Under the pieces are notes generated by a model, which saw only the letters and a list, made by a program, of their open reading frames with translations, was not told the origin of the DNA and made no database searches. DNA of 64,000 bases. Source: Octopus vulgaris. Its lineage: Eukaryota. A program made the translations under genes and the position numbers. Positions 26,359 through 39,681 of the stretch are shown one piece after another (within the stretch, counting starts at the first letter, position 1; every line of letters starts with the position of its first letter). The stretch covers positions 119,350,001-119,414,000 of the forward strand of contig OX597820.1 of assembly GCA_951406725.2 (NCBI GenBank), read 5' to 3'.

Positions 26359-26532
26359 GTGAATGAATTATCCTATGTTTATCGTCAGCATGGAAAATTC
26401 GTTTAACCGAAACCTGGGTAGCAAATTCACGTCAGAGTAAGTAAAGGAATTTTATTAACATCGTCGTTCGACTCCATTCTTTCATTTATTCATATATATA
26501 TATATGTATTCATGACCGTATATATGAATGTA

Positions 26533-26570
<38 letters not shown>

Positions 26571-26681
26571 AATTTGAAGAATCTATTAGAGTGTGATTTG
26601 TAAAAACATATGATATGTTAATAAATATTTGTATATGTATATCTATCCAGGTCTCTGAATATCTTATTTTTTCTAATAAAT

Positions 26682-26781
<100 letters not shown>

Positions 26782-26859
26782 TGTGTGTGTGTGCATATAT
26801 ACATGCGTATATGTACATACTTGCATCTATACGTATATATATATATGCATATGTGGACA

Positions 26860-28260
26860 CAGAACTTCATGAAACGTGTACAACAAAAAAGTACGAAGTA
26901 CGAGTACATGGAATATGAAATATTCTTTCGAACGACGAAAGACACAAAAGGAAAATAAGAAATAACAACAACGCAAAGAACGACACTTCATCAGTTGGTG
27001 GCTGTTTTTTCTAGTCTCGCATTTCGAGCATTTAACAACAATATATGCTTTCGATAAAACTGTTGCTGCCGCAAAGCAAATTAAATAAAATTTGGGAGTT
27101 TGTGGAGGGTCAAAATAGGTAACAGAAACAGGACAGTGAAAACAAAGAGGAAGGGCTGCTAAGCCTAAACGAGGCTGTGGTGGCGAACGCGTCAATCAAG
27201 CTAGGACAAGAGACCCTTTACTGAAACAATCATAATACTATACAGGCTGGTGTATTTAAAGTCGTGTTGAAAAAAATTCTTAAATTATGAAAATACTTTA
27301 TGATTGTACAAGTGCAGACGTGGACACTTGGTCACTTGGTGTAAACCATCCGATGGTGGTGACGGTGGTGTTGGTCTTAGCTAATGGTGTTGATGTATTC
27401 GTTGCCTCAGTACTGCGTTTGTAGTGAAGATTGGTAGTCGAATTTTACTGAGGCTAATTGGTAGTAAATTAAAATTGAGATAGAAATTAAAATTTGCTCA
27501 TTTGGTCGTTAATTAAATGTAGTGTTAATTTGGCATGGGTGATATCTTGGCAACTGGAAATTTGTGAATATTTCTCTGCTTGAATTTAGGTAATTATTGG
27601 TCACCTTTCATTGGAGCGGGTTATCTTGATCCCCCTCTGCAATACACAGACTATTTCCCTACGACCCATTTGTAGCGGAACTTCCATTGGATGGTGAATT
27701 TACAAACACGCAATCTCTTAGTGTACTTAGTTAACTTAGAACACACACACACACACACAAACAAACACACACAAAGTTTTTGTTTAGGTAAAAATCTTCC
27801 TTTAGTGAGTGGGTTTGAGTTGAGTGGTAATTACGTCGTAGGGGTGGGTATAAGGAGTATTTTTGATCAAGGGACATGCCAATAGTTTTAGTTACATTTC
27901 GTTTATTGCATTTAATCTTTTGCTTTAATCGAGTATTTTAAAACACTTAGAAACTAAGTGTGACAGCTTTTCTGCAATGGAAAGTTTTAAGGGTTCAAAA
28001 TGCAAGTAGTTAGTATGTTTTAACAGATTAGTTTCTTTACTTGTTCTTATCTAGGCTGCTTCCTGTCTGTATTTGGAAGTTTGGGGTTATTAGTTGCGCA
28101 TTTCGTGGTGTTATTAGTATAGAAATTTGTTTATCTTGTTCTTTGAAGTTCACGAGAGGATGTGTGTAGGTGGAAAGTTTGCTAGCTCGTATATTTCTTT
28201 CTGTGGGTTCATTCTATAAGCAATTTGCTTAATGAGTAGAAATTCTAATTTTGTGCTTTA
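26860..28260 (-). mobile_element. PLE 3' region and pLTR, degraded
   Basis: KLEFLLIKQ remnant near 28250; CTGATGA on the minus strand at ~26988-26994, followed by a T-rich pLTR-like tail ending in a microsatellite. Confidence 0.45.
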
Positions 28261-28269
28261 TGGATGCAC

Positions 28270-28935
28270 AGTCTGTGGGGAACATACCTCAGTAATCTCC
28301 CTCCGCCGCCAACATAACTTCTGTCTTCGATTTCCCTCTTAGACACCCTATAAACATTTATGAATTAGACTCATGTCCTTCCTCTAATAATTGCTCTCTC
28401 GTTTCTCACTGTCTAATCTTCCTGTAGTTCTATAGACATTATCACCAAGTTTTGACATCTATTCACAAACCCAATAACAATCGATCACCCTTCAATTACC
28501 ACCATCCTTCTTCTCCTACTCATCTCCTCACTCTCTCTGTAACTCCCTCCCTAATACTTTGATTTTTAACCCTCTCCATCTACCTCAACTGACTCTATCA
28601 TCTCTTTTCACCCTTCTTTGCCTCAACATTCACCACAACCTCACGGAACCTCCTACTTCCGGTCTCTAATACTGCTTGCTCTCTACATTTAACATTCAAA
28701 CTGTAAACCGCTCTGCCTCATTATCTGAAATGCAAGACATTTTTTTTTACCCTGATGACGGAGACTTGATATATCCAGTGTTTATTTGCGTCCATTACCG
28801 GCTGCGCATTATGATGAATTACATCTACCAACATTACGATGGAACTCCGAGTCCCAGAAACAGGTGTAGGATTTATATCAACAATTTGGTCGTTTGTATC
28901 CTGTGTAAGTTTGATCTATTAATATAAATATTCAT
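28270..28935 (+). mobile_element. PLE 3' fragment with pLTR and hammerhead-like motif with a long helix II
   Basis: CTGATGA-c-ggagact (28752-28766) ... agtcc-ca-GAAAC (28850-28861); C/T-rich degraded ORF upstream. Confidence 0.55.
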
Positions 28936-28989
28936 ATAGGCTTAAATTTTCAGTTCTTGCTTTCTTTCTGTTTGCATGTATATATACAT

Positions 28990-29040
<51 letters not shown>

Positions 29041-29243
29041 CATATATGTATATATATAGAGAGAGAGATATTATACACATGTTTATATTTTGTATATTAA
29101 ACTAGGTGTTCTATTTAATATGTTTATCCGCATAATTGGTTACACACACACACGGAGATATTCACACATATACTTACACACACGCACACACATATATAAA
29201 TATATACTAATATATTATCGTATATTCCATCTTCTGTCTTACA

Positions 29244-29291
<48 letters not shown>

Positions 29292-29292
<1 letters not shown>

Positions 29293-29505
29293 AGTTAATC
29301 CAAACAAGAAAGCACAAAAAAACACAACAACGCGGGGACGTGGAACAAATATAGTATTATTGGACGCTCAGGAAAGAAGGAAAGAAGGAGGGTTTAACAT
29401 TTCGAGCGGAGCACTTCGTCGGAAACATAGGAGAAGGAAAGATCCCGAGAAGGGAAGACAGAGGAAAAAAAATCGACAACGGTACACACGAGGTCAAATT
29501 TTGAA
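29292..29505 (-). mobile_element. PLE pLTR-type short repeat with minimal hammerhead
   Basis: Reverse complement of 61385-61566; gttt-CCGACGA-a-gtgc-tcc-gctc-GAAA-tgtt-aaac at 29393-29427. Confidence 0.8.
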
Positions 29506-29509
29506 AGAC

Positions 29510-30379
29510 CGAGGCGGGTAACCAAAAGGAACCGGAATTTTGCAATATTATTTTATTCACTTAATTTTGCATGTTTACACTTTTATCGCCTTCAAGGCAT
29601 TCTCCATTAGAAGTATTTCATCTGTCCAGACGCATTTTCTACAACTCGAAGCAGTGTGGGAACTCCTGTTGAAATTTATGCTTTTCACATATTCCACATC
29701 TGCATATTCTGTAGCACCGGCTTTCGCCACCATTGGTGATCTTGGAAAAAGACCCGGATCAACTTCAAACTCTTCTTTTATTTCACGACACACCTTCAGT
29801 CATGATTGCTCTTGATCTTCCGTGAGGAAGAAGGACACAAATTTTGCTGCAACTCGTTTCATTCACTATTTCTAGCTCAAAGTTCGTTAGCAGGAGCTCT
29901 AGGAGACACCAGTCATATCAACAATGTTCGTCAAGATTTTCGTGACGGACCTACCAAGACAGTTCTTGAATTTTCATATTTTCATTCGTTTGGAAGGTCG
30001 ATGTTCGACCTGAACGGTGTTGATCTCCAAGTGACAAGTGACCATTCATAAAGCGTGAAAACCGCTGGTGAACTTGTGTTTTACTCATGGCAGCGTCCTT
30101 GTAAGCGGTTTGAAGAATTTCAACTGTTTTGGCCTCCGTATTCTCCAGCAGAAAACAGAATTTCACGGAAGCACGTTGTTCCCTTCTTTCATCCATCCCC
30201 AAAATCGACGAAGAGGGTAGAAGCACTGCGAAACAAAGACGCAGTAGAATATCACCCTACAACTCCGGCCGGCAGACGGATGCCTGAGGCCCGCATCAAG
30301 TGATTTCTAATGGTGGTAGCCTGAACTACAACGGGTTCGTCCCACAGAAAACGTTTCCGGTTACTTTGGATGCACCTGG
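29510..30379 (-). mobile_element. Internally deleted mariner element
   Basis: Imperfect TIRs (...CCAAAAGGAACCGGAA / TTCCGGTTACTTTGGATGCACCTGG-TA). EQRASVKFCFLL...MSKTQVHQRFSRF...RSGR N-terminus; most of the catalytic domain deleted. Confidence 0.88.
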
Positions 30380-30429
30380 TATATATATATATATATATAT
30401 ATTTGTGTGTGTACGTATGTATGTATGTT

Positions 30430-30466
<37 letters not shown>

Positions 30467-30547
30467 ATGTGTGTGTGTATATATATATATGTATGTATGT
30501 ATCTCTCTTATCTCTCTATATATATGTATATGATGTCTACTGGAGAT

Positions 30548-30585
30548 GTGGTTTCGAGCCCTACGGGCGGCCATCAGAGTTTTCT
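30548..30585 (-). ncRNA. Degenerate hammerhead-like motif in a (TA)n-embedded repeat
   Basis: Minus strand: CTGATGG-cc-gccc-gta-gggc-tc-GAAAC. Confidence 0.4.
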
Positions 30586-31030
30586 TAACCAGAGATTTCC
30601 AACCAAATATTTTTATGCTAATATTTATAGCTTTATATTATGTGCCTCGAGATCCAGTGCTCCACAAAATATATAGATTTATAATTATAAATATATGTAT
30701 ATGTGTAAATTCATCTATACCTGGACGTTAAATATGCGTTAAGTATCTCATTGCTGGTGCAAATGCATGACGAACTAGTCAAAATATTTACATACGGAGA
30801 TACGTAACATGTCCACGGTTGCGTCTTCAATGATTACTGGTAATGTCTCCATAATATGAACACACACACACACACACAAACACACAGACACAAACACACA
30901 GACACAAACACACGCGCATACAATCACAGAAAATGACACAGTCTCTTGTATATATAATTTTGCATGAATGTATTCATGACCGTAAATATATATGCAAATA
31001 TGTATAGTAAGGTACCTACGAGAATAAAAA

Positions 31031-31079
<49 letters not shown>

Positions 31080-31089
31080 ATACTCATGC

Positions 31090-31148
<59 letters not shown>

Positions 31149-31729
31149 CACATACATATATACATATATACACATATACATATTCTCACACGTATATATG
31201 TAAAAGTATGCAATTTTCATATATTCATGTAAAGATTTATATGTAAATAAACGTTAGGAATGTAATTATATATCATACTGCCTTCAGCTTGTGATGTCTG
31301 AAATAGCAGGGAGTTAGTTATATCTGTGACGAACATCCAATTCAAGGATACATGTTCGCGGGGTGTAAGTTTGTGCATCGAAATATGTATATAAGCAATT
31401 CTAGTAGACAAATTATTTGAATTTATATCATATTAGATCACACAAGGTGTAGTGTGTGTATTTGATAACGTTGCTTTTATTCGTGTACGGAAATACGATG
31501 TATGGAGAGATGGTAAAACGGTAGAAGATGGTGTGTGTGTGTGTGTGTGTGCTGATGATGGTGTTGGTAGTGGGTAGAAAATGTGAAATAAATATGAAAA
31601 CGAAAATATAAATTATGAAATATAGGGTGATAAACAAATAGTCAAACAGATTTAAAAATACATACGTTTAACATACAAAATATGTCCCAATGCCACTTTT
31701 TCAATAAATACATATAGCGGTAAATATTA

Positions 31730-31739
31730 AATATATATA

Positions 31740-31782
<43 letters not shown>

Positions 31783-31889
31783 GTATATATATATATACAT
31801 ATGTATATAAATATATATATTTATATATGAATGTATGTGTATAGATATATTAATACATAGTATACATTCATATATGTATATCTATATCT

Positions 31890-31929
<40 letters not shown>

Positions 31930-31956
31930 GTACATACATATACATACATACATACA

Positions 31957-32002
<46 letters not shown>

Positions 32003-32030
32003 CGTACATACATATACATACATACATACA

Positions 32031-32086
<56 letters not shown>

Positions 32087-32114
32087 CGTACATACATATA
32101 CATACATACATACA

Positions 32115-32162
<48 letters not shown>
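31730..32162. repeat. Compound (TA)n/(TACA)n with three higher-order units
   Basis: TACGTACATACATATACATACATACATACATGCA(TA)n at ~31927, ~32001 and ~32085. Confidence 0.9.
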
Positions 32163-32165
<3 letters not shown>

Positions 32166-32609
32166 TCAATTTATTTATGAGAAGTGGCTGGGAGGAGTTG
32201 GTAATCAAACACTCAGCACCGTCCTAAGCTATTGATTAGATGACGGAAGATTGCTTTGAGGAACAGACGGCGTCTATACCGCATACTTGGTGTTGGAATT
32301 AGATTACGCCTGTCTGATTATAAATTAGTTTCTCCTGAAGAAAATTAGGGGAATTGTGAAGACTTAATTGCATATAAGTATCGCTTTACACAATCATACG
32401 CACTTATATACATATAGGCCGTGTCATACAAATATTCATGGTCGTACACATACACCCACAAACACACACGATCTCACGTGTTTTCTTTCATAAGGGCATA
32501 ATATGAAAACACATACATATATACACACACAATTGTCTGTCTCTCTGTTTGTCTCGCTATCTGTCTATCTATCTATATATATTTATATATACATACATAC
32601 ATACATACA

Positions 32610-32643
<34 letters not shown>

Positions 32644-32660
32644 AATACATACATATATAA

Positions 32661-32753
<93 letters not shown>

Positions 32754-33240
32754 TATATTTTATATATACATGTATGTGTATACATATATAGATATACGTA
32801 TATATATGTATCTATGTATATTGATTTATAATTTATATGTGTATATCATATTGACAGCTAGGTATAATTTCCGAAATTTCATACTAGCTATGTTTTTTTT
32901 TTCTTTCACAAATATATTTTCCCTCCTACCACAAACACGCTGTGACACTCTATATTTGGCATCAGTCTTCCTCTTTGATTGCTTTTTTTCTAACGTCTTA
33001 TATTTATTCTTAACATGAATATGCCGTCTCAAAATTTTATACTTGACAACGTGCATACTCTCTGCCGTTCGTTCTTCCAATCTATATGTATATTTTGTTT
33101 GAATTCTCTTTGTTTGCAGCCATCTTTCGTTTATTTTCGTCTTAAACTTCACTTTTCTTTTCTTTTCAGGGCAAAACTTGTTTTGTTTTTAATCTTTTAA
33201 CAGTTTATTTCTCAAAAGCTCTTCCTCATTTATTACACGA

Positions 33241-33840
33241 TAATAAACAGTGTGTGATTGGTGGTGTGCATATTGATATAGTCTCATTGAACATTCAATC
33301 CGAGATAGAATTACACTTGGAATTCACCAGGATTATATTATATATTACTAGCAGTATCGCCCGGCGTTGCTCGGGTTTGTAAGGGAAATAACTATAAAGC
33401 ATTTTTAGAGAGTTATAGCCAAAAAATAGCAAAAAAATGGAAAAAAATGATGGTAAATTTTTTTTGAGAGTAAAAAAAGGTGGAGCTGCGTCCCCTAGAC
33501 AGTTTGCGGTTTGTGTTTCTGATTCTCGACCCCATGTTGAATTTATCGATTTTTTTCAGAACTGGGGGAACTTTTCAAAATTTTCGCTGCGTTAGTTTTG
33601 AATTATGACATTGGGCTATGTGTGTGTCAAGTTTCATCAGAATCGGTTGAAAGCCGTGGTCAGGGTGAGGGTACAAGCAAACAGACACACAGAAACACGC
33701 ACAGACAAACTGCCGTTTATATATAGAGAGAGATAATAAACAGTGTGTGATTGGTGGTGTGCATATTGATATAGTCTCATTGAACATTCAATCCGAGATA
33801 GAATTACACTTGGAATTCACCAGGATTATATTATATATTA
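33241..33840 (+). repeat. 107-bp perfect direct duplication (33241-33347 = 33734-33840) bracketing a Helitron
   Basis: taataaacagtgtgtg...ggattatattatatatta is identical in both copies. Confidence 0.97.
33348..33733 (-). mobile_element. Non-autonomous Helitron (variant with a different 5' module)
   Basis: TCTCTCTCTATATATAAACGGC start; hairpin and CTAG end. Confidence 0.9.
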
Positions 33841-34235
33841 CTAGCAGTATCGCCCGGTGTTGCTCGGGTTTGTAAGGGAAATAATATATAAGCATTTTTA
33901 GAGAGTTATAACCAAAATATATCAAAAATATGCATTAAAAAATGGAAAAAAACGATGGTATATTTTTTTAAATCGTTGACTCATCGTAGACATTTTTAGA
34001 GAGTTACTTCCCTTATATGATAGCGAAAAAAATGCATTAAAATGGAAAAAAATGATGGTAAATTTGTTTTAAAATCGTAGACTCATCGTAGACGCGCGCT
34101 AATACCCTGAAGGGCTCGTTATGAATCACGACTATAAGATACCCGCTTTTGGTTACACTGCACCGCAAAATGTGGGAGTAGTTAGGAATCTAAATCGTAG
34201 GAGACAGCACACAACTTCACTTTTATATATAAAGA
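33841..34235 (-). mobile_element. Non-autonomous Helitron
   Basis: TCTTTATATATAAAAG start; hairpin and CTAG end; same family as 43733-44117. Confidence 0.92.
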
Positions 34236-34504
34236 TTTTTGTACATATGTTTATGTATCAGCATGATTAATAATGATGTTTAGAAATGTCAAACCTTTAC
34301 ACTTGTAGGTAACGGCTATGTTTTAACGATTCAAAAACTTTTCGTTACTGTGAAATCTCTTGAATTAAACGCAATATAAATGTTTTTAAAATAGAAAATA
34401 GAGTATATGTGTTAATCCTGGGAAATTGTCAATTAAATGGACTGTGTGGAGTCCAGAATTGGCAAATGCTCCAGTCTTAAACGAATCTTACCACAGCTTA
34501 TATT

Positions 34505-34725
34505 TTTTTATTACCCACAAGGGGCTAAACATAGAGGGGACAAATAAGGACAGACAAACGGATTAAGTCGATTACATCGACCCCAGTGCGTAACTGGTAC
34601 TTATTTAATCGACCCCGAAAAGATGAAAAGCAAAGTCGACTTCGGCGGAATTTGAACGCAACGGCAGACGAAATACGGCTACGCATTCCGCCCGGCGTGC
34701 TAACGATTCTGCCAGCTCGCCGCCT
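34505..34725 (-). mobile_element. SINE family C
   Basis: Matches the 25734 and 39440 copies. Confidence 0.92.
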
Positions 34726-35599
34726 TAACGAATCTCACCTCATCTCATCAGGAAGGCATTGGACATATAATGAACAAATTCTGGAAAAATAAATATCCAG
34801 GTGATCTTACATAAATAAGTTTGTGTACTCGGAAACATAAAGTACAAATTAGGCGATAATTTACTGTAATTGTTTTGTATCATCAATCCGAAAACTATAA
34901 TGTATTAGAACATTTTTAGAGTATGTAACAACCCCAAAACAGTAATCACAAATTAATAATAGAGAACGAAAATACCTCACTAGTACAAACATATTGAAAT
35001 CTAGTAAGGACTAAAGAATTGCATACATTTCCACGCCAGCTTTGCGGAAGGCCTTTGATAAAATGAGTAAACTTCCTGTAAGAGAAGGAACGTAGGACAT
35101 TGAAATGAAAGAGATAACCATTTACTATTATGGAATGAAACATCAATTATTAATTAAAATGGAGACTAGTATACATCACTGGTTATTGTAAGAATAAATC
35201 TAAACTAAATTTTAAAATTCGTATAATTACTAAAATGAAATTAAATTTCAATAAAGTTAATTGCTCATATTCAGAAGGGAAGGCTAATTATGGTTGGAAA
35301 GTGAACCGATAGAAATATGGTATCAACAGAAATTCAAAATTTAAAGTGCCACAAAAAAATTAAAAAAAGTAAATTACGAAAAAGAAAACCAAACTAGAAA
35401 TTTCGACATGATTTCTAAAGTAGCAAGGAAATAAGGTGTAAGGAAACAATTAAAATTTTTAGTTGGGCGTTCAAGTGATTGGTTAAAGTCATTATGGAAA
35501 CTATAAAATTTAAAGGAATTCATTGACATTCTTCACAATCATTAAAACTGTTTAATGGTGAAACAGAAACATCTACTCTATTAACTGCACGTAACTAAT

Positions 35600-36360
35600 G
35601 GCTTCGTTTTCACTACTGAATACCATTTGTGGAAAGTTATTATTATTTTAGGAAAAAGAGTTTTGAAAGGAAACTTTCATCTTTTTCAAGCGATTTAAAA
35701 AAAAAACTAATTCATCACGTTCTCCGATGAATAAGATTTTTTTATTTTGGTTTTCCCGGCCGAGGTTTTCAGACATGATTATTGTATAAAGCCGCGCATT
35801 ATTATGGCGGCACAACACTCCTATGCACTTTATTATAGCAAGCTTCTTCCTCGAAACTGTTTTAATGTTCTAACTGAGGACAGTAATTGCCTGTTTTAAC
35901 CATTACATTAACTGACAGCACTGTACATGAATCACACAGATATAATCCCACCAAACATTAACCAATATTTTTCTTATGGGAAGGTCTGATTCAGGTTGTG
36001 GTTTGACTAATTTACCATAATTAAGCTATTTTTTGCACCAACTGACACATTCTCATGAAAAGCCCACTTCTCGCTAGTTCAAAAATGGTAACATGCGCTC
36101 ACCACTGTGTAAAAAAGTGAAGATATATACTGGTGCTGCTCGGCAATATTCTAATCCGCTGCAGTTACCGTTCACTTGTTGAATGGTTTGAATTGCTCTT
36201 CTCGGACTCTTCACCAAAAATTAGCTGGTCTATTTTGATCACGTTCGGGAAAAAAGATCGCCATTTCACTGAACAAGATGAACTATTCGCGAAGCAACTT
36301 TTAAGCCGAAACTATCCTTCTAAAATCTTTTTAACCATTTAAGAGGAGTGTTTTTTTTTT
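35600..36360 (-). mobile_element. Highly degraded mariner transposase
   Basis: Minus-strand remnants EKWAFHENV, KILVNVWWDY, YCPQLEH, HNNAR. Confidence 0.7.
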
Positions 36361-36589
36361 CTTTTCAAATTCTTATCATAAAGACTGAGAATATTTTTGA
36401 TGAAGTTGGCCATACCACCCTCTTCACTAAACACATAAGGCATTCTTTCTAGTAATGTCGAGATGATCAGTCCATCTCTAGGAAGGTAACCGTATCAACT
36501 GAAGTGGTCATTTCATATGTTATTGAATTTTATGAAATGACCTGGGATACATACATACATATTGAGAAATCCTTAGTTACTCTACTGGG

Positions 36590-36850
36590 ATTAGAAGTTT
36601 AGGTTCATACTTGTAAATATTGGGACACTAGGATATGTTACACATTGCCTAAATAACAACCTTGAGAAATTAGATTTCTCAAAAGGAGAAATTTGATTTC
36701 AAGACTACAGATCCAAGCCATCATTAGAACTGTAAACAATCTGTAAAACTTTCCAGATGTTTATAATTTAAGTGTGTATGAGCATGTCTAGATGTGTAGA
36801 TATATGCATGAAAAGACATACATAAAACAAAGCATATAAAACTGCACTTA
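36590..36850 (+). mobile_element. R4/Dong-like LINE extreme 3' end (same family as 8340-9750)
   Basis: ccaagccatca.t.gaactgtaaa...ctgtaaaactttcc...gagcatgtct matches 9640-9720. Confidence 0.85.
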
Positions 36851-36920
36851 TACATAATTTAATACATAAATCATATATAAGTGTCTGTGTGTGTGTGTGT
36901 GTGTGTGTGATGGATATATG

Positions 36921-36964
<44 letters not shown>

Positions 36965-38248
36965 TCCTAAAAACTGAAAATATTTCATGCAATATACACC
37001 ACAAAAATTATATAATATATACATCTTCGAAATACAATGAGGTATCAGACAACACGATCCCTTCATTTAAGTAAGCAATAAAGAGATGTGATTAATTCCA
37101 TACCAGTTCTACATATAGTAGTTCCAGTTCCTTTCAGTCAACAAACAGTCATTTTGCCATTATCAGTTCTTGCACTGATAATGGCAAAATGTCTCATCAT
37201 CAGAATGAATACTGAATATTTCTCATAACAAGAAATATATTTTTGAACGACCACGTTATACAGAGGCCTAAGCTGTCACATACAACAGTACAACATTAGA
37301 AGGTTGAAATTCCCCTCCATACGTCATTCGTTATTCCCCAAAATAGGGTTGCCAGATCTTTGTAAAAAGTATAAACACAATAAGAAATGTCTAAACATGA
37401 CATTGTGAAGATGTGTTGTTGCTGTCAGAATGCGAAGTGTCAGCAACGTATAAGATCGGGTGTAGCAACGATGCTTATCATGTCCATGACGGATCGAATA
37501 TCTATTTTGGAGAAACATCTACAGATGAGGATTGACAGGCTTTTTCGTAACTACAGGTTGATACGGATAAAATTGTACAATGTCACAATTTTGTTTTCCC
37601 CTCTTGCCAGAAGAAGAATAACGATCATTCTCAATATTTCCAATGTCTTTTACTGATTTATCTTCGGTCAAGACAACGAACGACAAATAAAATGTGAAGT
37701 GGTGAAAAGGTTGAAACACGTGACATCGATATAACTTTTCTGGTCACCGAGAAAAATATGCGATTAAACCGCAGGATCATCTCTCTACAGTGAGATTAAA
37801 ATACACGTACTACACACATATCGCAGAAGCTTCACTTTACATCTCTCATTAATTAAGCGTCATGCAAATTCTTCGATTAAGTTATTTTACGTTGCCAATT
37901 ATTTTACAATACTGCTAAGCAAAAGAGTCGAAACCTATAGATTTGTGTTTAATTTTCCGTATAAAGAAAGTAAAATATGCAGTATTCCTTCTGATGATGC
38001 GACGTTTTGCCATTATCAGTGCAAAAACTGCTACCAAATATGATGAAGTATTCACGATTACAAGTACTATTTGTTGATTGGAGGAAACTGGAACTACTAT
38101 ACGTAGAACTGGTATGGAATTAATCACATCTCTTTATTGCTTACTTAAATGAAGGGATCGTGTTGTCTGATACCTCATTATATTTCGGAGATGTATATAT
38201 TATTTAATTTTTCTGGTGAATATTGCACGAATAAATTTCAATTTTTAG

Positions 38249-38316
<68 letters not shown>

Positions 38317-38464
38317 TCAAACATATAAGGGATGGCCATAATAGGACATCCGACTCACTAGAAAGAGCAGCCAAACTCCAAACCACTAATAGTTGTAATT
38401 CTGAAATGGAAAGAGAAATAAAAACGTTTACCCTCTCCTTTCTGGACTATGCATAGTTTCGGCA

Positions 38465-38503
<39 letters not shown>

Positions 38504-38911
38504 CAAATTATAAACAAGAGCAAAAGAAAAAAATTCTAATGCCAAATATGCCGAAATAGACTTAATCGTCAATAATCATATAATTTATCACTATAAGCAC
38601 GTATCTCGAAAAACTAACTCTGAAATCGGGCCCGATATGGTAATAACGGAATTTTTTAGAAATTTCTGTCGGTCTTTTCGAGATATGTGCTTATAGTGAT
38701 AAATTATATGGTTATTGACGATTAAGTCTATTTCGGCATATTTGGCATTAGAAATTTTTTTTCTTTTGCCCTTGTTTATAAGTTTATAAATTTAACCTTT
38801 AAATGTATTTTTTTAATATGCTGGCCAATGATAAAATTTTTTTCGAAAAATTTTTTATCCTATATTAGATGTATATATATATGTGTGTGTGATGGATATA
38901 TGTATGTATAC

Positions 38912-39004
<93 letters not shown>

Positions 39005-39096
39005 TCCATCACACACATACACACACACACACACACACTTATATATGATTTATGGATTAAATTATGTATATGTGGTATATGTATATGTGCAGTTTT
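36838..39096. repeat. Large interrupted inverted repeat: left arm 36838-37221; right arm 37973-38252 plus 38996-39096
   Basis: For example, gaggtatcagacaacacgatcccttcatttaagtaagcaataaagagatgtgattaattccataccagttctac and its exact reverse complement; spacer of ~750 bp. Confidence 0.93.
38508..38781. repeat. Fold-back element: ~105-bp inverted arms (38508-38612, 38675-38781) within a (TA)n tract
   Basis: ctaatgccaaatatgccgaaatagacttaatcgtcaataa / ttattgacgattaagtctatttcggcatatttggcattag. Confidence 0.92.
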
Positions 39097-39439
39097 CTTT
39101 CACCGGGGATACATAAAGGTTAACATTTTCGATGAAACGGTAAAAAGTACGTAAACCGGTTTAAATGAATCTTTTCTGAGCGAATCATTGGTGGTTTGAC
39201 TACACTATCACACTTTTTCAGTAAGGGGAAAAATTGTCATATACCCGAAACCACTTGACTACTTGTGTCACATACATCGCCATTTAAGCAAACGACGTCT
39301 AATAATTATATTAACAAACATATACCTAGGCACAAGCGCACACTCACACACACACAGAAAATAAAACACACAAAGATTATTTCTGAAATCTGACAAAGAT
39401 CTTTTAATTTGGACGTGTTAGAATGACTCTACCCCTATA

Positions 39440-39681
39440 ATACCTATTTCTTTATTACCCACAAGGGGCTAAACATAGAGGGGACAAACAAGGGCAGACA
39501 TAGGTATTAAGTCGATTACATCGACCCCAGTGCGTAAGCGTTATTGGTACTTAGTTTATCGACCCCGAAAGGATAAAAGGCAAAGTCGACATCCGCGAAA
39601 TTTGAAGTCTGAATGTAACGACAGACGAAATATGGCTATGCATTTCGCCCGGCCTGCTAACGTTTCTGCCAGCTCACCGCC
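39440..39681 (-). mobile_element. SINE family C
   Basis: Full head and tail match the family. Confidence 0.92.

Noticed and set aside
26504-26520. 17-mer ATGTATTCATGACCGTA shared with 30968-30984
   Set aside because: Short and embedded in TA/CA-rich low-complexity sequence; an old duplication cannot be distinguished from chance.
34976-35075. Minus-strand exon candidate with strong acceptor ttccttctcttacAG
   Set aside because: Several frames and donors are possible, with no homology support; not separable from chance.
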